Source: Candidatus Omnitrophota bacterium
GTDB taxonomy: Bacteria; Omnitrophota; Gorgyraeia; Zapsychrales; Zapsychraceae
Assembly: GCA_016931055.1 (NCBI GenBank)
Contig: JAFGFL010000050.1
Span: 1,535 to 65,534 of the forward strand
Direction: 5' to 3'
DNA: 64,000 nt
Position numbers and translations under genes: made by a program. The notes under the pieces were generated by a model, which had not been told where the DNA came from, did not search any database, and worked only from the letters and a program-made list of their open reading frames with translations. Positions 46,480 through 53,992 of this stretch are shown here, piece after piece. Each line of letters opens with the position of its first letter. The stretch's first letter is position 1.

Positions 46480-46890
46480 TCAATCTTTGTCGTCATAATA
46501 AGTTTGACCCCTATGCAAAAACTGCGATTCAACTCTATTGGGTAAAAAATGCCTTTTGCAGGACTCTAATGCTTTCTCTTCATCAAAATCCCGGCAGCAA
46601 TAAACGTCGATCGTTATAAAATTCTTCGGGCTCAAGGTGTGGATGACAACCGAACTTTCAATCAAAGGGACCCAGCCGGACAGGCCGGCTTTATCAGGGT
46701 ACCTCTCTGCGTCGCTGCGGAAAATGCTCGGAGGAGCCTGCTTTTCCATCCCCAGTTCCCCGACAATCGTGTCAAGGAATCGATAACACAGATCCAGGTC
46801 ATCGCAAACGCCTGGGTTACAATCATAAAGATCTAAAAGAAGCTCATAACCGAAAGACTTTTTTTTGACCCGAGCCTGCGCCGTAGTCAT
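46480..46890 (-). CDS. S-adenosylmethionine decarboxylase-like proenzyme (SpeH/SpeD class 1 type)
   Basis: GYELLLDLYDC and the PLIESSVVIHT self-processing E-S site. Start at MTTAQARV; the track ORF to 46983 overlaps the upstream gene. Confidence 0.65.
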   Translation of the reverse strand: MTTAQARVKKKSFGYELLLDLYDCNPGVCDDLDLCYRFLDTIVGELGMEKQAPPSIFRSDAERYPDKAGLSGWVPLIESSVVIHTLSPKNFITIDVYCCRDFDEEKALESCKRHFLPNRVESQFLHRGQTYYDDKD

Positions 46891-46928
46891 GTGGGTCCCC
46901 CTCTCTCCCGTGCTCTTTGGTAAAATTT

Positions 46929-47111
46929 TTAATTCCCTCTGGTCATCTTCGCGCCGCATTTGGGGCAACTGACGGATTGGCAAGGCACCCCCCTTTCATG
47001 CGAGATCCTTTCCCCGCATTGCGGGCACACGCATTGTCCCCCTGGCCCCGGATTCCCGCCTCCGTAACCACGCCCTTGTCCCCTCGGTCCTGTCCCATCT
47101 TGATTTGGCAT
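46929..47111 (-). CDS. DUF5320-like N-terminus fused to a zinc ribbon (60 aa)
   Basis: MPNQDGTGPRGQGRGYGGG followed by CVCPQCG...CPKCG. Confidence 0.65.
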   Translation of the reverse strand: MPNQDGTGPRGQGRGYGGGNPGPGGQCVCPQCGERISHERGVPCQSVSCPKCGAKMTRGN

Positions 47112-47122
47112 ATGGCACCTCC

Positions 47123-47494
47123 TTACAATTTTGCGCCTTTGGATTGCTTCCCAGGCCCAGGCGAATCCGCTTTCTTTAATTTCCCGGACTTGAAATGATC
47201 TATCGCTTCTCTGACGGGCCCATTTGCCCCGACATATGCATCAATCCCGGCCTGAGTCAACACCCCAAAAGCGTTCGGCCCCACATTGCCGGTCACCACG
47301 GCTTTAACCCCCTTAGTGATCATGAGCTGGGCCGATTGGATTCCCGCCCCTCCGGAAAACTGAATGTTGGGATTTTCTACCGCCTCAACATTTCCAGTTT
47401 CTGTATCATACAAAATAAAATACGTGCTGCGCCCGAAACGGGAATCAACTTTAGAATCCAGGGTCTTTCCTTCGGCAGTAATACAAATAACCAT
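47123..47494 (-). CDS. NifB/NifX-family (dinitrogenase FeMo-cofactor-binding-like) domain protein
   Basis: MVICITAEGKTLDSKVDSRFGRSTYFILYD...AVVTGNVGPNAF, the typical NifX-like small-protein pattern. Confidence 0.75.
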   Translation of the reverse strand: MVICITAEGKTLDSKVDSRFGRSTYFILYDTETGNVEAVENPNIQFSGGAGIQSAQLMITKGVKAVVTGNVGPNAFGVLTQAGIDAYVGANGPVREAIDHFKSGKLKKADSPGPGKQSKGAKL

Positions 47495-47540
47495 AGTTCA
47501 AAGCCTGCCTTTCATAAAAGTTTCTTATCTTTAAAACCTC

Positions 47541-47909
47541 TTAATGACACTCTCCATCGTGTCCATGCTCCCGGCATGCGTCTAAACCGCCTAGCGGGCC
47601 TTTAAGAAAATCCCTGACGGCATCAAGGACTTTTCCCGAATATCCGAAGACTTTGACGCCAGCCTGCAAGAATTTCTGTTGAGCGCCGCCGCCCATCCCG
47701 CCCGCAATGACATGAGTGACTTTATGGCGCAGGATCTCATCGACCGCTTGGCATCCGCCTCCGCCGTGCTGGGCATTATTCGGCACCACTTTTGTCTCCA
47801 TGATTTTTTTGTCTTCAATATTAACAATAAAAAAATATCGGCATTGGCCGAAATGCTGGGAAACATTGCTTTCAAAACCTCTTTCATCTTCGAGCGTAAT
47901 TCCGATTCT
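47541..47909 (-). CDS. NifB/NifX-family domain protein (paralog 2) with Cys/His tail
   Basis: Starts MRIGITLED, with VSQHFGQCRYFFIV and THVIAGGMGGGAQ motifs. The C-terminus is CREHGHDGECH. Confidence 0.75.
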   Translation of the reverse strand, partial: RIGITLEDERGFESNVSQHFGQCRYFFIVNIEDKKIMETKVVPNNAQHGGGGCQAVDEILRHKVTHVIAGGMGGGAQQKFLQAGVKVFGYSGKVLDAVRDFLKGPLGGLDACREHGHDGECH

Positions 47910-47926
47910 CATACCACCCTCTTTCT

Positions 47927-48289
47927 TCATTTGTTATCGGATTCCTGAAGCGCACTTATACGTTTCTGAACATCCGCGAGTTGCTGTTCTAAAAACTGGG
48001 CTTGATCTTTGAGCATCTGGGCCTCATCTTGCGGAGTCATATTTCCTGCGGCGTTAGCGCCATATCCCCGGCCGAAATTCTGCCCTCCACCCGCGCCCCT
48101 CTGCCATCCGAAAAGACCGGTAGCGTAGTAGCGGTTTCGGTTCCCCCGGCCGCCTCTGGCGCCGCCAAAGTTTCCACGGCCACGCCCTTGCCCAACACCG
48201 GCATTAGCAAGCGGCATAACGCAATATCCGTATCCGCCTCCTGTCATAGGCCCTTGCCCTCTTGGTCCTGTTCCGTCATATCCTGGCAT
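47927..48289 (-). CDS. DUF5320-family protein (Gly/Arg-rich + C-terminal coiled coil)
   Basis: Starts MPGYDGTGPRGQGPMTGGGYGYC. The C-terminus is QMLKDQAQFLEQQLADVQKRISALQE. RBS AAGGAGG. Confidence 0.7.
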   Translation of the reverse strand: MPGYDGTGPRGQGPMTGGGYGYCVMPLANAGVGQGRGRGNFGGARGGRGNRNRYYATGLFGWQRGAGGGQNFGRGYGANAAGNMTPQDEAQMLKDQAQFLEQQLADVQKRISALQESDNK

Positions 48290-48305
48290 ATGAACCTCCT
48301 TTTAT

Positions 48306-48320
48306 TGAAAATGATTTCCA
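48306..48320. promoter_or_regulatory. Fur-family 7-1-7 operator (imperfect) upstream of the DUF5320 gene
   Basis: TGAAAAT-G-ATTTCCA, in the 53-nt gap between the fur stop and the ATG at 48289. Confidence 0.5.
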
Positions 48321-48342
48321 TTAATAGTTGAAACAATATCGG

Positions 48343-48816
48343 TTACTCCTTAGCCTGACAATTTCCGCACAATCCATAAAACTGAATGAGATGATTCATG
48401 ATCCTGAAATTATATTTTTTCGACAACCCCTTCTCAGTTTCCTGCAATAACCTCATTTCGTCATCGATAAAATCCGTGTAATCAATGACGCGGTTGCACC
48501 CGGTACAAACGAGATGATGATGGTGATGGGCGCCTTTAGGGCCCTTTGCCAGCTCATAACGCGCCCTTTTGTCGCCGAAATCAAATCTATAAACAAGCCC
48601 TAAATTAGCCAGCACGTCTAATGTCCGATAAATCGTTGTAAGCCCGATGTTAGGATGTTTAGAATGAATACGGCTATAAATGTCTTCAGCGCTTAGGTGT
48701 TCTTCTGTTTTTGACAAAACATTCAGAATAACCTCTCGCGCCAATGTGATCCTATAACCACATCCGCGGAACTTGCCGTGCCACCACAGCGGCCCCATCC
48801 CGTTTTGATTAGGCAT
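48343..48816 (-). CDS. Fur-family metalloregulator with an N-terminal DUF5320-like tag
   Basis: Winged helix (LTTIYRTLDVLANLGLV), metal sites HHHHHLVCTGCNRV and CGNC. The N-terminus MPNQNGMGPLWWHGKFRGCG resembles the DUF5320 N-termini downstream. Confidence 0.8.
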   Translation of the reverse strand: MPNQNGMGPLWWHGKFRGCGYRITLAREVILNVLSKTEEHLSAEDIYSRIHSKHPNIGLTTIYRTLDVLANLGLVYRFDFGDKRARYELAKGPKGAHHHHHLVCTGCNRVIDYTDFIDDEMRLLQETEKGLSKKYNFRIMNHLIQFYGLCGNCQAKE

Positions 48817-48837
48817 ACGCTGTCACTTTCCTTCTAT

Positions 48838-48852
48838 TGGAAATCATTTCCA
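48838..48852. promoter_or_regulatory. Fur-family 7-1-7 operator (perfect palindrome) over the fur promoter
   Basis: TGGAAAT-C-ATTTCCA, a perfect inverted repeat immediately downstream of the putative -10. Confidence 0.55.
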
Positions 48853-48856
48853 TTAT

Positions 48857-48885
48857 AGTTTATTATCTAAAGCCCTATTTGTCAA
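48857..48885 (-). promoter_or_regulatory. Sigma70-like promoter of the fur-headed operon
   Basis: Minus strand reads TTGACA - 17 nt - TAAACT (an overlapping TATAAT is also present), 40-70 nt upstream of the ATG at 48816. Confidence 0.45.
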
Positions 48886-48902
48886 ATAAATTCTTTGAGA
48901 TT

Positions 48903-48939
48903 ATTCATTTTAGGAAAGTGGGAACAGTCTTTATTTTTT
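48903..48939 (+). repeat. Dispersed motif copy (ATTCATTTTAGGAAAGTGGGAACAGTCTTTATTTTTT)
   Basis: Near-identical to 60626-60665 and weaker at 28991-29025. All copies have the same orientation and lie 15-100 nt upstream of minus-strand gene starts. Confidence 0.6.
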
Positions 48940-49126
48940 CAGGCGGAATGAAAATTTGTCTATAGGCCACCGTCCAGCCGATGGCTAAGATGAAATCATT
49001 GAATTCCTCCATCTTAATGAGAAAAACTTATGAACCTTCTGGTTTAATAGGGCTTTTCTATTTAAGGCATTCCACTCAGAGGCTCTTTGTTTATATCCTC
49101 TTCATACCATAAACAAACGTTCCAAG

Positions 49127-49154
49127 AAAAAAAGGCAAACGGTTATCATTTGCC
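49127..49154 (-). terminator. Rho-independent terminator of metY (bidirectional shape)
   Basis: Minus strand reads GGCAAA-tgataaccg-TTTGCC followed by TTTTTTT, 28 nt after the metY stop. Confidence 0.6.
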
Positions 49155-49181
49155 CCTTTTTAGCATCCCTCAACCATATTT

Positions 49182-50570
<1,389 letters not shown>

Positions 50571-50607
50571 TTACATCATAGGTGAATCATCTCCTTTTCC
50601 CTCCTTT

Positions 50608-50702
50608 CAACAAATAACCCCGAGGCTAAAAAAATAACCACGGGGTCATGATTTTTTAGCACTTTGTTAAGGCAGCTGCAATACATCCCAAATCGGTCTG
50701 CC
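50608..50702 (-). ncRNA. Candidate small-RNA/leader unit B (conserved 42-nt box + hairpin)
   Basis: Box C1 is at 50652-50694. Downstream on the minus strand a 9-bp hairpin (ACCCCGTGG...CCTCGGGGT, one mismatch) is followed by TATTTGTTG. A weak TTAGAA-18-TATAAC promoter lies at 50709-50738. Confidence 0.25.
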
Positions 50703-50784
50703 GGATAAGTTATAAAGTTCAATCCCAAGCTTTTCTAAATAATGGTAGCTTTGGGACCTTTTGGTTCCGCTGACGCTCCACCAA

Positions 50785-50879
50785 AAGGAAAAGCCCGTGC
50801 CAAAAAGCACGGGCTTTAACAACTTCCTACGCTTTTTAGCACATTTGTTAAGCGGAGCAATACGCTTCAAATCACCGCT
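50785..50879 (-). ncRNA. Candidate small RNA unit A (promoter + conserved 42-nt box + intrinsic terminator)
   Basis: TTGACA-16-TACATT promoter at 50886-50913. Box C2 is at 50832-50873. The terminator GCCCGTGC-tttttg-GCACGGGC + TTTTCCTTTT lies at 50783-50814. Confidence 0.3.
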
Positions 50880-50944
50880 GATGCTAATGTAGCATATTTC
50901 CTGTAAATGTCAAAAAATATTTTCCTCCTGAAAACCCGGAATGA

Positions 50945-52312
50945 TTATTCTATTTCAGGAAAATGCATGATCTGGTCTAAACTTTCATCCAGTTTTTTCT
51001 GCGGAAGCTCGTATTTGGTCAATTCCCCGTTTAAGTATTTTTCGTATCCGAGCAAATCCAGCAAACCGTGGCCGCTGTAATTAAAGAGGATCACTTTCTT
51101 TTTGCCCTCTTCACGCGCCTTAATGGCTTCATCAATAGCCGCCGCAATAGCATGACTTGTCTCCGGCGCGCAGACAAAGCCTTCAGTCCTCGCCCAAGTC
51201 AGGGCGGCGTCAAAACATCTCAGCTGATCGTACGCCCGCGCCTTAATGAGCCCCTCGCAAACCGCGTGGCTGACTAACGGCGACATCCCGTGGTAACGCA
51301 AGCCTCCGGCATGGATCGGTTCCGGGATGAACTTGTGACCTAACGTGTACATCGCCAAAAGCGGCGTCATGCCGGCAATATCGCCATGGTCATAGCGGTA
51401 TGCGCCTCGCGTTAAACTCGGGCAGGCCGTCGGTTCGGTGCCGATAATCTCCATCGATTTCCCGTGGATCTTATCGCAGACAAAGGGAAAGGACAGGCCG
51501 GCAAAATTGCTGCCGCCGCCGGCGCACCCGATCACGACATCAGGCTGGCTTTCCTTAAACTTCTTAAGCTGTTTTTTGGCCTCTAATCCGATGATGGTTT
51601 GATGGAGCATCACATGGTTTAGAACGCTTCCCAAAGAATAGCGGGTCTCTCCCGATGGATCCGAAACCGCCTGCTCTATGGCCTCGCTGATCGCGATCCC
51701 CAGACTGCCTGGCGTATCAGGCATTTCTTTGAGAATCTTGCGCCCTGCCTCTGTCTCATTGCTGGGGCTCGAGACGCAATTCCCGCCCCAAACGCGCATG
51801 AGCGTTTTGCGGAAAGGCTTCTGCTCATAACTCACCCTCACCATGAACACCTTGCATTCAAGTCCTACTAAATGGCACGCGAAGGCCAAAGCGCTGCCCC
51901 ACTGCCCTGCCCCGGTTTCCGTCGTCAATCGTTTGATGCCGAACTGTTTATTGTACCAGGCTTGCGCGACCGCCGTATTGGGCTTGTGGCTTCCAGCCGG
52001 TGAAACGCTTTCATCTTTGTAATAAATCCTGGCCGGAGTTTTCAAATGCTTCTCCAGGTACACGGCGCGGCGCAGCGGCGTCGGCCGCCAGCGATAAAGG
52101 ATCTCCAGGATCTCCTCTGGGATATCTATCCAACGCTCTTGTGAAACTTCCTGTTCGATAATGTTCATCGGAAAGACCGGGGCCAGCTGATCGGGGCTTA
52201 TCGGTTTTCCATCCGGCCCCAACGGCTGCCTTAAAGGACGCTTCAAATCCGCGACAAGGTTGTACCATTGTTTTGGGATCTCATCCCGGCTTAAATAAAC
52301 TTTGTTGTCCAT
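50945..52312 (-). CDS. TrpB2-type (TrpB-like) PLP-dependent enzyme
   Basis: 455 aa with the long TrpB2-type N-terminus ([13 protein letters not shown]), the PLP-Lys motif GSHKPNTA and GGGSNFAG. Confidence 0.85.
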   Translation of the reverse strand: MDNKVYLSRDEIPKQWYNLVADLKRPLRQPLGPDGKPISPDQLAPVFPMNIIEQEVSQERWIDIPEEILEILYRWRPTPLRRAVYLEKHLKTPARIYYKDESVSPAGSHKPNTAVAQAWYNKQFGIKRLTTETGAGQWGSALAFACHLVGLECKVFMVRVSYEQKPFRKTLMRVWGGNCVSSPSNETEAGRKILKEMPDTPGSLGIAISEAIEQAVSDPSGETRYSLGSVLNHVMLHQTIIGLEAKKQLKKFKESQPDVVIGCAGGGSNFAGLSFPFVCDKIHGKSMEIIGTEPTACPSLTRGAYRYDHGDIAGMTPLLAMYTLGHKFIPEPIHAGGLRYHGMSPLVSHAVCEGLIKARAYDQLRCFDAALTWARTEGFVCAPETSHAIAAAIDEAIKAREEGKKKVILFNYSGHGLLDLLGYEKYLNGELTKYELPQKKLDESLDQIMHFPEIE

Positions 52313-52338
52313 AATGATCCTTTCCTTGAATAAAGGGA

Positions 52339-52389
52339 ATAAAGGGGACAGCGCCCTTTTCTTTGTAAAAAGGGCGCTGTCCCCTTTAT
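52339..52389. repeat. Perfect 22-bp stem hairpin (GGGGACAGCGCCC type), probable terminator/REP-like element
   Basis: ATAAAGGGGACAGCGCCCTTTT-ctttgta-AAAAGGGCGCTGTCCCCTTTAT, starting immediately after the DUF1846 stop codon. Confidence 0.7.
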
Positions 52390-53952
52390 CTACCGGCCTT
52401 TGCAGCTTTCGTAGAAGCCGTGGGTCGAGAAATTCGGGTCGCTCGTTAAATTCACTCCCAGATGGCGCAGCCCGGCCTCGTCGCCAAGCGTCGGGATATG
52501 CGTCATGTGAAGTTCGCAGCCCCGCAGTTCGCTCAATTTCTCCAGGGCCATTTGCGCCGCCGAATTCGTCGTGGCACTGATGGCCAAACTGATTAAAGCC
52601 TCTTCCAAGTTCAAACTCACGGCTTTCTGATCGTAATTATTTTTTTTGAACTTCGAGACAGATTCAATCGTAATAGGCGACAATAAGTGAATGTTATCGG
52701 GAATCCCGGATAAGTCCTTGATCACATTCAACACAAGGCTTGAGACCGCGTGCATCAAAGGGGAATTCTTGCCTGTGATGATCCGGCCGTCATGCAGTTC
52801 GACCGCGGCGCCGCAGTAAATGCCTTCGTTCCCTTTGCCGCATTTTTCTGCTTCCCTTGCCGCGTTTCGCGCCGGTTCCACGACTTTCCTGTCCTCAGGT
52901 TTGACCCCCATTTCCTCCATGATCAGTTCGGCGCGCTGGACCGTTTCCTTGTCCGTCAAACCCATCGCGTACTCACAGGCGTACCGGAAATATCTCCGGA
53001 TGGATTCTTGTCTTGCGGCCTCCTTGACCACTTCATCATCGACGATACCGAAGCCCGCCCGGTTGACCCCCATATCCGTGGGAGACTGATAGCCCGATTT
53101 CTCCCCCGTGATCTTTTCCAATATCCTTCTGAGGACCGGAAAGATCTCAACATCGCGGTTGTAATTGACCGCGGTTTCCCCGTAAGCCTCCAAATGGAAA
53201 GAATCAATCATATTGAAATCGCGGATGTCCGCGGTCGCGGATTCATAAGCGATATTGACCGGATGCTTAAGCGGCAGGTTCCAAATGGGAAAAGTCTCGA
53301 ACTTGGCGTAACCGGATTCTTTCCCCTGCCGGTGATCATGATAAAGCTGGGAAAGGCATGTGGCCAGCTTGCCGCTTCCCGGCCCCGGCCCTGTCACAAT
53401 GACAAGAGGGTTCTTTGTCTGGATATACGCGTTGGCGCCGTATCCTTCATCGCTGACGATGATATCGATATCCGTCGGATACCCTTTCGTGTAACGGTGC
53501 GTGTAGACCTTCACATTCTGGCGCTCCAGTTTATTCTTGAAGATGACGGCCGAAGGCTGGTTGTCAAAGCGCGTGATCACGACCGCCGTTACAAGGATGC
53601 CCCAGTCCCCCAAATCATCGATGAGCTTCATCGCGTCCACATCATACGTAATGCCGAAGTCCGCCCTGATCTTGCGCCTTTCGATATCGCCGGCGTAAAT
53701 GCAGAGGAGGATATCTGCCTGGTCTTTCAACTGCTGAAGGAGTTTCATTTTGACGTTTGGATCAAAACCCGGCAAAACCCTGGAAGCATGATAATCAAAA
53801 AGCAGTTTCCCGCCGAATTCAAGATACAGTTTATTGTCAAACTGGTTGACGCGTTTTAAGATCTCTTCCGTCTGTTCTTTGAGATATTTTTCGTTATCGA
53901 ACCCGATTTTCCTTATCTTCGCGTTCTTCTTTTCAACAGCAGAGACAGCCAT
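52390..53952 (-). CDS. DUF1846 (UPF0371) family protein
   Basis: Start taken at [27 protein letters not shown] (ATG 53952); 520 aa, consistent with the family length. The track ORF to 54273 overlaps the upstream gene. Confidence 0.7.
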   Translation of the reverse strand: MAVSAVEKKNAKIRKIGFDNEKYLKEQTEEILKRVNQFDNKLYLEFGGKLLFDYHASRVLPGFDPNVKMKLLQQLKDQADILLCIYAGDIERRKIRADFGITYDVDAMKLIDDLGDWGILVTAVVITRFDNQPSAVIFKNKLERQNVKVYTHRYTKGYPTDIDIIVSDEGYGANAYIQTKNPLVIVTGPGPGSGKLATCLSQLYHDHRQGKESGYAKFETFPIWNLPLKHPVNIAYESATADIRDFNMIDSFHLEAYGETAVNYNRDVEIFPVLRRILEKITGEKSGYQSPTDMGVNRAGFGIVDDEVVKEAARQESIRRYFRYACEYAMGLTDKETVQRAELIMEEMGVKPEDRKVVEPARNAAREAEKCGKGNEGIYCGAAVELHDGRIITGKNSPLMHAVSSLVLNVIKDLSGIPDNIHLLSPITIESVSKFKKNNYDQKAVSLNLEEALISLAISATTNSAAQMALEKLSELRGCELHMTHIPTLGDEAGLRHLGVNLTSDPNFSTHGFYESCKGR

Positions 53953-53992
53953 CAAGCTTTCCTTTCCTTTCCTTTCCTTATCATGTGCAGTT

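Noticed and set aside
50745-50790. tRNA/tmRNA-like 3' end (GGTTCCGCTGACGCTCCACCA on the plus strand).
   Set aside because: Only the CTCCACCA string is reminiscent. I could not build a T-arm, acceptor stem or cloverleaf around it, and no tRNA-like partner sequence lies upstream.
50667-50870. 67-aa minus-strand ORF in the trpB2-metY spacer.
   Set aside because: It starts and ends inside the two copies of the 42-nt direct repeat and is interrupted at the RNA level by a strong intrinsic terminator hairpin. It has a basic, low-complexity composition and no SD. I interpret the region as noncoding RNA or regulatory DNA instead.
52750-53859. 369-aa plus-strand ORF, together with other long antisense ORFs: 23236-24057, 16381-17085, 26282-26902, 59534-60223, 57986-58552, 9653-10183.
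   Set aside because: Each is fully embedded opposite a strongly supported minus-strand gene (DUF1846, acs, NuoC/B-like, radical SAM, carB, Mrp subunits). Their translations are Arg/Pro/His-rich and low complexity, with no recognisable motif. These are typical shadow ORFs of moderately GC-rich coding DNA.
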